From contig JBHGNT010000006.1 in assembly GCA_043228905.1 (NCBI GenBank), forward strand, positions 13,950,001 through 14,014,000: a stretch of 64,000 nucleotides of DNA, in the 5' to 3' direction. Within the stretch, counting starts at the first letter, position 1; the number at the start of each line of letters is the position of its first letter. This document shows, one piece after another, positions 48,932 through 61,143 of the stretch. Under the pieces are notes generated by a model, which was not told where the DNA came from, ran no database searches, and worked only from the letters and a program-made list of their open reading frames with translations. The position numbers and the translations under genes are program-made. The DNA is from Azolla caroliniana (taxonomy: Eukaryota > Plantae > Polypodiophyta).

Positions 48932-49680
48932 TGTCTTGCCTTTCGGCGCCAGATCGTTGCGTGAGTCGGGTGGGAACCACTGGGGTTTTGGACTAGGAGG
49001 AGGAGAGTTTAAAGGCCAATAAAAATATAAATATATTATAAGAAAGACAGAAAGAAATTTGTCAATCCCACGAATATAGTTTTTTAGTTTTTTTAATATT
49101 TAATCCTAATTATACTTTGGAATATATTGGAATCTATAGGAATAGATTGGAAAAGAGAGATCGAAAACCTCATGAATCCCACCAGTATTATATTAATCAA
49201 TATTTAGACCCTAATAATCACCCCATAATTTATTTTATTTCTTTTCTCCCTTATTACATTGTGCTCCACATCCTTATATAGTGATGAGAGAGTCTTAGCA
49301 ATCCATGCTTTGTCTCTAACTATGGACTCCATACTTTCTCTATCTATAGCCTATATGCTTTCTCTAGCATTATTTTTTTCTAAAAGTGATCATGCTTTTT
49401 CAAACCTTATGCGTTTTTTATCGACCATAGCGTTTATGCACGCTAGATGTGCATGTGTAGCTTATTTCTATTATGCATTTTTCTTCTAACTAAAGCTTTT
49501 TCCTAGAAAATATGCGTGAAATAACCTTTCTATGTCGGATATCTACTTTTTTAACACTCATGATGTGTTAGTGTAATGGTAAGCCTTCAAAATATTAACA
49601 TGGAGGTATAAGGTTTAAATCTTGCACTATGCATGTAACGTATATTTTAATATTTCCTTCTTTTTCTTTATATTTATTGA
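48932..49680 (-). repeat. Older, truncated LTR of the Trp-PBS gag-only family
   Basis: tgtcttgcctttcggcgccagatcgttgcgtgagtcggg... is homologous to 22038 onward; left flank is ACGT. Confidence 0.85.
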
Positions 49681-50032
49681 ATCGGACTGACAAAAGTACT
49701 AATAGTACTTCAATGCTCATTACGGAGCCCCTACACTAATTCCCAAACATATTCCTTGCGGAATATCTTTACGATGGCATCTCGGTTTCTGCCCCGATCC
49801 GGCCTTCCTACGCACCGGTCTGCGTACCGATTTCCAACCGATCCGGCCTAACTGATCGGTCCCAACCGATCCGGTCCTCGGCTTGCTCAACCGATCCGGC
49901 CGATGTTGAGCTTGTCTCTCAACACTCCCCCTCAAGCTCAACTTGAGGCTCTTCGGGATCTTTCAGATCACCGCTCCGGTTCCTCCTGGCTCCACACCTC
50001 GCTCGCACTTCTTGACCTGTTCGATTCCGCGT

Positions 50033-53000
50033 TGTCGTAGTGTATTTTGTACACTACGTGAAAAACGTATATAGTATTAGATTCAATAAAAAATGAAGAA
50101 ATAGAAGAAAATAGCAAAATAAATGGAACATGTATAGGACAAGATTTGAACCTTGCACCTCCATGTTAATAATGTAATGTCTTACCATTACACTAGCATT
50201 TCATTAGTGTTAAAGCATAGATGTCCCACATAGAAAGGTAAATTCACGCTAGGATAAACATTAGAAAAACGCATAACAAAAGAAAAAGCTACACATACAC
50301 ATCTAGCGTGCATGATAAAAAACGCACAAGTTAGAAAAAAACATGATCACTTTAGATAAAGCATATAGTCTATCTATAGGAAAAGCATGGGGTCTATAGT
50401 TAGAGAAAAAGCATGGATTACTAAGACTTCCTCATCACTACATAAGGATGGGGAGCACAATGTAATTGTGTGTGAAAAATATTTGGAAACTGGATATGTT
50501 TCTAAAAAACACCAATTAATAAACTATACTCGTGGGATTCACGAGAATTCTATATCATTCTCTTTCAACCGAAGTTTATATTCTTATATTCATATTGATT
50601 AATCTAATACAATACACTCGTGGGATTCACGAGTTTGCTATAACTCTTTCTTACAACATATTTATATTCTTATTAGCCTTAAAACTCTCTTCTTCCTAGT
50701 CCAAAACCCCGGCGGTTCCCACCCGACTCACGCAAACGATCCGGAGCCGAAAGGCACGACACAGTTGGTGAACCCGACGTGAAGGCGGGTGGCAAGGAGA
50801 TGGAGAATCAACAAGAGGCGATGAACATGATGATGATAATGTTTGAGCGGATGCAACAAGAACAACGTGCGATGTCGGAGATGAAGGCGGCAGTAGAGCG
50901 GCTTCTGCGACGAAACGGGGAATTCAACGGTAAGGGTGTGTCACGTTACCTACGTGAATATAAGGCGGAGATGATGCAATATCGGATACCGGAAGGATTG
51001 CAAGTGATATCCTTTAGTCGGGTGGCCTCGGACGAACTACAAGAGAGAATCCACAAGATACAACAACAAAACTCGACATGGGAGTCCTTTGAAGAAGCTT
51101 TACGGGAGGCATATGACTATGAGAGATGGACGGGACGAGATCGACGAGAATTCGACGAATGGGTGGCATCGGAGAAGACTCACCGAAGTGCAACGCAAGC
51201 GTTCCTAGAGTTCGAGCATCGTTTTGCTCGACTCTCGGAGCGGGAACGAAGATTGGTGGGAGGAGATAAAGTCTTAATGTTCGTAAGATCGATCGATCGG
51301 AAAGAAAGGATGGACATTGGGATCGAACTTGAAGATGATGACGGTGCGAACGGCCTTACTGAGGATTGGGCCAAAGTCGAAAGGGTATGCCGAAGACATG
51401 ATGAAAGGAAGCTGAGAATCTTGTCAACAACGACATGGCCCATGAAGGATGGTCGATTAAGGAGAAACGATGAAGCCAATATGAAGGCCGAAATACAACA
51501 TGATGGTACCACGGGAGAAAGAGTGGAACAAGACACCCACTCGTCTTGTGAAAGAACGATGGCGAAGGATAAGGCCGATAATTCAAGTGTAGAAGGAAAT
51601 TTCGGGATACAAGTGCCCGAGACATCGGGTCAAAAAGGGGTAAGCATAATAGATGTTTGCATAATTGATGTAGATAAAGAGTGTGAAGCGGATGTGATTA
51701 AGGAGGTAGCCACAAAAGACGAAATCGAATCGGAGGTGGCTATGGACGAATCAATGGCGGATTGCCATATCAAGACTTCCCCACCACTGATTCCAGAGAC
51801 TCCGGCGGTTGCGATCGAAAGGCAACGTGAGACCGAAGAGACGGAAGGTGGCGGAGAGAAAACGAATGTCAAAGCCGACGAATACGATGAAGAGATAGCC
51901 GAGAAGAATGCTAAGGGTGAAACTACGAAAGAAGGTAAAACCGAGGATTCATGCCAACAATATCTAGAGACTTCGGCGGTTGTGTGCGAGAACCAACGTG
52001 AGACCGGAGAGACGGGAGATGGCGGCGAGGAAGGTAAAGTCGGAAGTCGGTTCGGATGGAAAATGATCCATCCGAAATTCCAATCTAAAAGAAAGTGCGA
52101 CAATGCGGACGTCGGGTCTACGACGGGAGAAGCGCGTAATATAGAGCACGCTCTACGGCGAATAAAGAAACGCGTGTTATGGCGAATAAAGAAGCACGCG
52201 CTACGGCGAGAAAAGAAGCATGCATTACAACCACACGAGGACCGAACAACGAGCACATATCGGAGGACCTACGTAGCGAACAACGGAAAGAAGTGCCGAA
52301 AGTCGATCCGGACAAGGCAGGTGAAAACGAAGAAAAGAAAGCAAATCCGGACGAAAAGAAAAGAAAAGAAACCGACCCGAAAGAGCACTGAATCGGTAAA
52401 AACCGATCAACCGAGTCCGGATCGACCGAATACAAATCGGAAAGGAAGCCGAACTAAACGAAAGACGATCCGACGAGACCGAATCGGAAGTAAGCTAATC
52501 CGACTAAACCGAAAATCCGAAAAGAAGTCGAGATTGATGAAGAAAAGAAAGAGGGCAAGAAAAGATACTACCGCGGATGACAAGGACCAAGCGGGCCATG
52601 CAAAAAGCGAACGAAGACTATGATGGATCGGATGTCGACAATGGTTCGGGTGGAAAGAATGGATGTGCTCCAAATGGAGAGACAAAGTCAACATAACAAG
52701 AGAAGTCGAGGGTACTACGAGCCGGCAACGAAACCAATCGGGTAGAGACCGGACGGAGGAGACTAACAAACACCAACAACTTCGGCACATACCGGAGGAT
52801 GTGCGGGTTTGGAGGGGGTGAGTGTCGTAGTGTATTTTGTACACTACGTGAAAAACGTATATAGTATTAGATTCAATAAAAAATGAAGAAATAGAAGAAA
52901 ATAGCAAAATAAATGGAACATGCATAGGGCAAGATTCGAACCTTGCACCTCCATGTTAATAATGTAATGTCTTACCATTACACTAGCATTTCATTAGTGT

Positions 53001-53551
53001 TAAAGCATAGATGTCCCACATAGAAAGGTAAATTCACGCTAGGATAAACATTAGAAAAACGCATAACAAAAGAAAAAGCTACACATACACATCTAGCGTG
53101 CATGATAAAAAACGCACAAGTTAGAAAAAAACATGATCACTTTAGATAAAGCATATAGTCTATCTATAGGAAAAGCATGGGGTCTATAGTTAGAGAAAAA
53201 GCATGGATTACTAAGACTTCCTCATCACTACATAAGGATGGGGAGCACAATGTAATTGTGTGTGAAAAATATTTGGAAACTGGATATGTTTCTAAAAAAC
53301 ACCAATTAATAAACTATACTCGTGGGATTCACGAGAATTCTATATCATTCTCTTTCAACCGAAGTTTATATTCTTATATTCATATTGATTAATCTAATAC
53401 AATACACTCGTGGGATTCACGAGTTTGCTATAACTCTTTCTTACAACATATTTATATTCTTATTAGCCTTAAAACTCTCTTCTTCCTAGTCCAAAACCCC
53501 GGCGGTTCCCACCCGACTCACGCAAACGATCCGGAGCCGAAAGGCACGACA
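50033..53551 (+). mobile_element. Young gag-only (TR-GAG-like) gypsy element with tRNA-Trp PBS
   Basis: 729-bp LTRs 50033-50761 and 52823-53551 (3 mismatches seen), TSD GCGT, PBS TGGTGAACCCGACGTGAA 50766-50783 and PPT GGAGGGGGTGAG 52811-52822. Confidence 0.96.
50800..52623 (+). CDS. Gag-like protein with KHAL repeats and a K/R-rich tail
   Basis: Intact ORF of about 607 aa. The gag core GEFNGKGVSRYL..LMFVRSID..DWAKVERVC aligns with 61812-63047. Confidence 0.87.
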   Translation: MENQQEAMNMMMIMFERMQQEQRAMSEMKAAVERLLRRNGEFNGKGVSRYLREYKAEMMQYRIPEGLQVISFSRVASDELQERIHKIQQQNSTWESFEEALREAYDYERWTGRDRREFDEWVASEKTHRSATQAFLEFEHRFARLSERERRLVGGDKVLMFVRSIDRKERMDIGIELEDDDGANGLTEDWAKVERVCRRHDERKLRILSTTTWPMKDGRLRRNDEANMKAEIQHDGTTGERVEQDTHSSCERTMAKDKADNSSVEGNFGIQVPETSGQKGVSIIDVCIIDVDKECEADVIKEVATKDEIESEVAMDESMADCHIKTSPPLIPETPAVAIERQRETEETEGGGEKTNVKADEYDEEIAEKNAKGETTKEGKTEDSCQQYLETSAVVCENQRETGETGDGGEEGKVGSRFGWKMIHPKFQSKRKCDNADVGSTTGEARNIEHALRRIKKRVLWRIKKHALRREKKHALQPHEDRTTSTYRRTYVANNGKKCRKSIRTRQVKTKKRKQIRTKRKEKKPTRKSTESVKTDQPSPDRPNTNRKGSRTKRKTIRRDRIGSKLIRLNRKSEKKSRLMKKRKRARKDTTADDKDQAGHAKSERRL

Positions 53552-56500
53552 GCGTGCCTCGACCCATCCGGTCCTCTTGTCTTCTCACACGACCTTTCTC
53601 AGCTTCCTTGTTGTTGCGGTGTTGGCGCCTCTTTTGTTGCCTTCTCTTCAGCTTGGCCCTTGGTTGATTCAGCGTATCTGAATCAAACATCTGAACCGAC
53701 TCAGCTACCTCCGATCGGTTTTCGCTCTCGTCTGAGTTGGCTGTCTCCAACTCGTCTTCGGTCTCCTTGCCCTTGACGCCATCATCTCTCCCATGCTTGG
53801 TTGGCTTCGGCTCTTTCTTTCGACTACTCCCCTTATGTCCGCTTTTGGACTCTTCCTCGGATCTGCCCTTGGCTTCTTTAGTCGATCCGAAATCGAATTC
53901 GTCATCCGACTCGGTGTCATGGTTTTCTCTCCCCCTTCCGTGGTCATTCGGGACATCTCTCCCCCTCACGTTCGGCACATCAAGGTGACGCAACCCAATT
54001 GCACCCGAGAATTGTCGCAACTTGTCTAGACCAAGAGGCTTGGTGAAGATGTCGGCGGTCTGCCGATCCGTCGGAACATACTGAAGTTCGACTTCACCTG
54101 AGAGAACACGCTGACGGACGAAATGGTAGTGCACCTCAATGTGCTTAGTTCGGGCGTGGAAAGCGGGGTTCTTGGCGAGCTGGATGCTGCTGACGTTGTT
54201 GCAGTAGATAGTTGTTGGATCGAACACCTCCACCTGCAGATACTTAAGTAGCCGCTTCAACCATATGACTTCGCATGTCGCGATAGCCGCTCCTCTATAC
54301 TCGGCGTCGGTGCTCAACAGCGCAACTGTCGGCTGCTTCTTGCTACTCCACGCGATCGTGGCACTCCCGAGAGAGAACGCGAAACCGGACGTGGATCGGC
54401 AATCGGCGACGTTGCCGGCTCAGTCAGCATTGGTGTAGCCGACCAACTGCGGGGTTGTAGCGGACCAATATAGTAGCCCCCGGTCCTTAGTGCCACTGAC
54501 GTACCAGAGTACGCGTTGTGCGCACTAAAGGTGTTCCTCGGTCGGTCGCACCATGAACTAACTAATCACCCCGACCGGGTAGCTGAGATCTGGTTGGGTA
54601 ATGGTCAAGTATATAAGGTTGCCAACTATTTGTCGGAACCTCGTCGGGACGCATACCTTTCCGGACTCGAGGCGAAGCTTGACGGTTCTATCTAGAGGAG
54701 TTGAGACGGACTTACAGTCTGCCATCCCGAATTTGAAGAGCATATTCAGCATGTAATGCCATTGGCTTATCAATATGCCTTCGGGGGTGCGGATCACTTC
54801 AATCCCGAGGAAGTAATGAAGGTCCCCCAGATCCTTCATGTCGACTGATGCCGCGAGCTGGAGCTTCACGTGGTCAATTTCACCTAGGTCGGCGCCGGTG
54901 ATTACCAAGTCATCAACATATAGTAAAACACTGACCGGACCGAGTCGACCTTTCCGGATGAACAGGGAAAAGTCTGATTTTGACGTTGCAAAGCCCATCC
55001 AATGTAGTTGTTGCATGATCTTCGCGTTCCAGGCACGCAGGGCTTGCTTCAGTCCGTAAAAGGACTGTCAGGAATAGTACTAAAGCAGAGATGGAATTAG
55101 TACTAAGAAGAGTAGTACTATTAGTACTAAGAGGACGAGACTGCGTAAGATTCCCGAGAGAGAGGAAGTGAGAAGAGGAGAGAGAGAGATAGGATGATGA
55201 CATCAACTCTTATATTATATGAAAGATAAGTACAAATCGGCTAAGAGGCTTAAGACTGGTGTTGAACCAATTTGGTTCAAAACAATGCCTTGTGCCTCCT
55301 TTTAGAGTGTTTTTAGGAATAATCCTAAAGCTTCTAGAATGTTCCAAAGAGATCTGGAATATACATCAATTTTCTATGATAAAGCATAAATGAAAATAAT
55401 ATTCTACAAATTACAATTCATAGTCCAATGGTTAGAGCTTGACCCATGTAGCATAAGGTCATGGGTTCGAGTCTTGCCATATCATGACATTATCTCCCCC
55501 CTTAAAGACGACGAGTGGAACGAGTCCGCGCTAATTGCGGACCGGGTTTGTCTGGATACTTTCGGTGGAAATCAGCAAGAAGATCTTGTGCATTGGCAAC
55601 ATGCTCGACGGGTTCCCAAGTACGTTCACTCGGACTATAACCGAGCCAATCGACCAAGTAATAAAGTTTGTTGCGAACAAGTTTGGAATCGAGGATGGCA
55701 ACAACTTCATACTCCGGGCCGGTGTCGAACTCCAGCGGGGGCAGCGGTGGTGTCACACGATCGGGAATGGTGTTTGCTTTATAAGGTTCAAGAAGAGAAC
55801 AATGGAAAACCGGATGTATCGGAAGCTGCGGAGGGAGATCAAGGCGGAAGGTGACATCATTAATCTTCCCCGTAATATGGAAAGGACCGAGTCGTCGATA
55901 ATCCAACTTGTCGCACGGTTGAGTAGTCTTGATGTGACGACGTAAGAGCCATGCTCTGATCTCCGATGGCAAAAGAGGAGGGAATCGGATGACGATCCGC
56001 ATAAGTCTTCTGTATGTGTTGAGCATGACGAAGGCGAGTAGAGAGATCCATCTGGATCTTGCGTAGCCTCTCCAAATGATCCTCGGCACGAGGGTTGGTA
56101 GGTAGCTCCGGAGTGTCGATCACCGACCAGCGAGGATGGAAACTGGTATAAGCGAAAAATGGGGAGACCCGAGTCGAGGAGTGAATAGCATTATTATACG
56201 CAAACTCCGCAAAGTGGAGAATCTCGGCCCAATTGTCCTGTTGATAACTCAGGAAACACCAGAGATATTGCTCCAGCGTTTGGTTTGTTCGTTCCGCCTG
56301 CCCGTCGGTCTGAGGATGGTAGCCGGAGGAGAGGTTGCAGGAGACCTTGAGCATCTTGAAGAGATGCTGCCAAAATTTGGAGACAAATTGTGGGCCTCGG
56401 TCACTGATAATACTGTCTGGGAGGCCATGATGCCGAAATACCTCACGCATAACAAGAGCGGCGCTTTCCTCGCTAGTGATGGCTTTAGGACATGGCACAA

Positions 56501-59028
56501 AATGTGCCATCTTCGTATATCGATCGACGACGGTTAGGATAGCATCGAACCCCTTCGAGACCGGCAGATCTGTGATAAAATCAAGACAAATAGACTGCCA
56601 TGGCTTACTTGGAATCGGTAAAGGTTCCAACAAGCCATATGGATGGTGTCGTGGCATCTTTGCTTGGTAGCAAGCATCACAGGTCCGAACGTAGTCGTCG
56701 ACAAAACGGCGCATGTGGGGCCACCAAAAAGATCGCTGCACTAGCTCCAACGTCTTAGTACTACTGAAATGTCCCGCTGTATGGGTGTCGTGACAATGTT
56801 GGACGATTTGAAGGTGACAGGAGCAATCGGGGACATATACGCGCTTTTTAAAGAATAACAAACCATCATGATATTCGAATTGTCGGTAGTCAATACCTGG
56901 TTGTTGAGACTGAGAACAGGATGCCCGAGAAGTATCAATGTGCGCCAGGATGTCTTGAGCAAAACTATCTGTCTTCAAGGTTGCACGTATGTCATCGGTA
57001 ATCCTTGAATCCATCGGGGTGTGAAAAATCCGCGTCGTGTGCAATCGTGTTGGTCCCAAGATTACTTGCTTTTGATTATCAAATGTTGCGTCACCAGGAC
57101 AAGGTGCAAGATATGAACGCCGTGATAGTGCATCTGCTTTTCCTTGCTGCTTTCCCGGTCGATATGTGATTTTGAAGTCGAAACGCGTGAGGAATTGCGC
57201 CCACCGAGCTTGTCGTCGATTTAGTACGCGAGCGTTCTGAAAATAAGCAAGATTTTTATGATCGCTAAAGACAATGACTTGATGTGGAGAGCCGTCTTAG
57301 AAATGCCGCCATTGTACAAATGAATCCATGATGGCTAATAACTCCTTGTCATGTATTTCGTAGTTGATTTCGGCGACATCGAATTTGCGCGAATGGAAAG
57401 CCATCGGATGCAACTCTTCTTTATCGCCTTGTTGAGAAAGGATGCTACCGAGGGCGAAATCTGATGCGTCGGCCTCCATGATGAATGGTTTGCTTGTATC
57501 CACATGAGCTAGAATCGGTGCTGATGTAAAGGCTTTCTTAAGATGCCGAAAAGCCATATCTGCTTCTATGGACCAAAGAAATGCTTGGCCCTTCTTCGTA
57601 AGTTGTGTGAGAGGTAAAATAATCTTCGAGTAATCCTGTATAAACTTACGGTAGAAGTTAGCAAAACCTAGAAAACATTGTACATCTCGTACCGACCGTG
57701 GAATTTGCCACTCTAGTACAGTTTGGATTTTAGCTGGATCCATTGCGATGCCCTTTGAGGAGATGACGTAGCCCAGAAATTCCACGTGCTTGCAATCAAA
57801 GCTACATTTTTCTAGCTTGGCATAAAGACCATTCTCGCGGAGTCGCTTTAGTACTAATAGTACATGAGAATCGTGCTCTTCCTGGGTCTTCGAATAAATC
57901 AATAGATCATCCAGATAAATGATCAAACAGATATCCAAGAGGTCTTTGAATATATCATTTGCCATGTGTTGGAAGACTGCGGGTGCATTGGTTAGGCCAA
58001 ACGGCATAATAGTATACTTGAAATGCCCATACTGCGTGTGAAAGGCGGTCTTCCACTCATCTCCCGGTCGGATCCGCACGAGATTATACGCTCCTCGTAG
58101 GTCGATTTTAGTAAAAAACTTGGCACCATTAACTCGCTCTAAAAGACTTGATATAAGAGGAAGTGCATACCTATTCCAGATGGTGACTTTATTCAATCCG
58201 CGGTAATCAACGACAAGACGAAGTGAGCCATCTTTCTTCTTGACAAAGAAGATGGGTGCACAGGCCGGAGATTTCGAATGGCGGATGAACCCGCTTGCCA
58301 AGTTCTCCTCTATGTAGGCTCGAAGAACTTCTAACTCGGTGGGTGACAAGTTGTAAATTGGTCCCCATGGTGACTCGGTTCCTGGTTGTAAATCGATGGG
58401 ACAGTCATAGGGACGGTGATGAGGAAGGGTACCGGCTTTTACCTTGTCAAATACATCGGCATAAGGATGATAATTTGCTGGAAGTTGTACTGAGGAATCC
58501 TTCTTAATAGTGCTGGAAGGATGTACTGATATTGCAAATAGGAACATTGCCTCCTTGGGTCCTTCTTCGTGTAGTTGATGGAGTGAAATGGTCGAAACTT
58601 GGTGAGTTGATTCTTGGGGTGGTCGATATCGGACTTCTCTTGTTCTCCAATCTATGGCTGGATTATGTAATTCAAACCAAGGTAATCCTAGGACAATGGG
58701 ATGCTCTGGACTACTAATTATATTAAATGATATTACACACACAAAACTACTTAGGACAACTTAAATGGGTTCTGATTCTTCTACAATATTTCCGGAAGCA
58801 ATGGGACGACCATCAATGACTACTACAGATGCAGGACAAGGAAGTTTTCTTAAGGATATCTGAGAAGCTTGGGCAAAATTTCGATCCATGAAACAGGAAT
58901 TAGCTCCGGAATCTAAAAGTGCTAGGACAGGTACTGGGGGAGTACTTTTAGTACTAACAATGACTTGGGCTAGGAACACATTGCTAACTTGCTTGGAAGG
59001 AATGTAACCACTAATGGGCTGTACAGAT

Positions 59029-59084
59029 CTAGGGCTGCTGTCCAACCAAACAACTCCTATTTTGGCTGGACTCAATCGTTTAAC
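59029..59084 (-). promoter_or_regulatory. Predicted -1 ribosomal frameshift signal (G-UUA-AAC plus stem/pseudoknot)
   Basis: Heptamer 59078-59084, 6-nt spacer and an 11-bp stem GTCCAGCCAAA/TTTGGTTGGAC. A -1 shift joins gag to the protease ORF (RLSPAKIG). Confidence 0.75.
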
Positions 59085-60291
59085 TCTTCATCTAATTGAC
59101 TAAGGATTTCAAATTTATTTGAGATACTTGGGTTATTAGTACTATGAATACTATCAAACACTCTATTAGTACTATTAATACTATCAGACACTCCTAAGGG
59201 AAGAATTGACTCGGGTTTAGTACAGGCTACAATTTGATTTACCTGTCTTCTTGGCCTATGGGGACAATTAATTGCGATATGCCCTGGTTCACCGCAATAA
59301 AGACATAATCGATTTGCACGTCGTCGTTGCTTTTCTTCTTCCGATAACGGGCCGCGTCGACGCATGGTATCGATCTCCATCGGTGTCGAAGTATTTGCTT
59401 GAGGTATGTCTCGTGCAAATGGTCTAGCCGCAACTGCGGCGTAAGTGGGCTCCGGCCTAGCGCGTGGTATCTATAATTGATGTTCCGAACGTCGTTTGAA
59501 GAGGTGGTTGTCACATCGGACCGCTCGACTGATTGCCTCCGTAAGAGACTTTGGTTCTTCGGAGAAGGTTAGAAGTAGATCTTTGACATCATTTCGCAGG
59601 CCATAGCGAAACTGCTCCATTAGTGCTTGATCATCCCAGGGTATGTCGGAAGCGAGTAGGCGGAAATCCGCCGCATAGGCAAAGGCTGGACGATCGCCTT
59701 GACGCAATCGCTGGATCTTGTTGATCGTCGTCCTGATGCTGTCGGTGTCTCCAAAGCAAGCTTTGAACTCACTAATAAAATCTTCAAAGTTATTAAGCAA
59801 GGGCGATTGTTTTTCTAGAAGCGGAGCGAACCATGCTAAGGCTGAGCCGCTAAGCAACGTGCCTATTAAGCCGACTCGGGATGCATCAGTGGGGTATCGG
59901 GAAGGATGAATTTGGAGGACTAATCGTACCTGATTAAGGAATCCCCTGAATTGCGATCGCGTTCCATCAAATTTCACAGGAAGTCCAATCTTCGGCTCTT
60001 TATGAAATACTCGGGGACTTGATCCTTGTTGTTGCAATGCCGCTTCGAGTTGTTGCACTCGTAACGCTAACTCCCCATGTTGTTGCTGTGTTTGTTGCTT
60101 TTCTAGAGCGATTTGTTGCAGATCCCCTATCAGCCGTTGGTTTTCTTGTTCCAGGACAACAAACTTTTCTTTTAGGCACTGTAACTCGGAGAAAACAGAT
60201 TGATATTCTTGGGCGCTAATAGTAGCCATAGTAGAGGGAAAAGGGTAGGAGGATGAGGGGGAACGACAAGTAGGCTGGAGGAAAGAGGAAG

Positions 60292-60303
60292 AAATTGGTT
60301 CAA
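60292..60303 (-). promoter_or_regulatory. Self-priming PBS complementary to the predicted transcript 5' end
   Basis: Minus TTGAACCAATTT lies 2 nt inside the 5' LTR. It is complementary to AAATTGGTTCAA (60513-60502), which starts about 33 nt after TATAAAA. Confidence 0.72.
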
Positions 60304-60653
60304 ACTGTCAGGAATAGTACTAAAGCAAAGATGGAATTAGTACTAAGAAGAGTAGTACTATTAGTACTAAGAGGACTAGACTGCGTAAGATTCCCGAGAG
60401 AGAGGAAGTGAGAAGAGGAGAGAGAGAGATAGGATGATGACACCAACTCTTATATTATATGAAAGATAAGTACAAATCGGCTCAGAGGCTTAAGACTAGT
60501 GTTGAACCAATTTGGTTCAAAACAATGCCTTGTGCCTCCTTTTATAGTGTTTTTAGGAATAATCCTGAAGCTTCTAGAATGTTCCAGAGAGATATGGAAT
60601 ATACATCAATTTTATATGATAAAGCATAAATGAAAATAATATCCTACAAATTA

Positions 60654-60729
60654 CAATTCATAGTCTAATGGTAAGAGCTCGACCCATGTAGCATAAGGTC
60701 ATGGGTTCGAGTCTTGCCATATCATGACA
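60654..60729 (+). ncRNA. tRNA-like Pol III A-box/B-box module at the U3 end of the Tcn1-like LTR (also 55414-55489 and, on minus, about 42415-42485)
   Basis: A box TAGTCTAATGG 60661-60671 and B box GGTTCGAGTC 60704-60713, with the same spacing as in the Trp-family LTR. Confidence 0.6.
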
Positions 60730-61143
60730 GGGACTTCTTCAATTGGCACACTGCCGACGTGTTCGTTCCGGAGTGAAATCCGGGGGGTTGTATCATGTAA
60801 TGTACCTGTTCCTCAAGGTCACTTTGTAGGAACGCATTCTTTACATCCATCTGATGTAAGTGCCACCCTTTTGCCGCAGCTACCGCGAGCAAAACACGGA
60901 CGGTCTTCATCTTCGCGACCGGCGCAAACATCTCATCGTAGTCGATGTCGTGTTTCTGCGCGTAGCCTTTTGCTACTAACCGGGCCTTGTATCGGTTGAT
61001 CGAGCCGTCAATGTTGTACTTGACCTTGTACACCCACCTACATTCGATCGGCTTCACATCCTTCGGTGCGTCAACCAGGTCCCAAGTCTCGTTTTCCACT
61101 AGTGCGTGCATCTCTTCCTCCATTGCGGCACACCAATTCGCGT

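Larger units (their letters stand above)
55066..60729 (-). mobile_element. Full-length Tcn1-like chromovirus (gag, PR, RT, RH, INT, chromodomain), lightly decayed
   Basis: 424-bp LTRs 55066-55489 and 60306-60729, TSD AGGAC/GGGAC. Gag 59471-60229, [24 protein letters not shown] 57297-58742, INT 55860-57059, chromodomain YEVVAILD..YLVDWLGY..TWEP. No tRNA PBS. Confidence 0.96.
49681..61143 (-). mobile_element. Copia family A copy (minus strand) interrupted by three gypsy insertions (50033, 55066, 61144)
   Basis: Partial 3' LTR 49681-49924, PPT 49925-49935, RH plus extension 53556-54317, RT 54558-55065 and 60735-61143. Confidence 0.92.
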
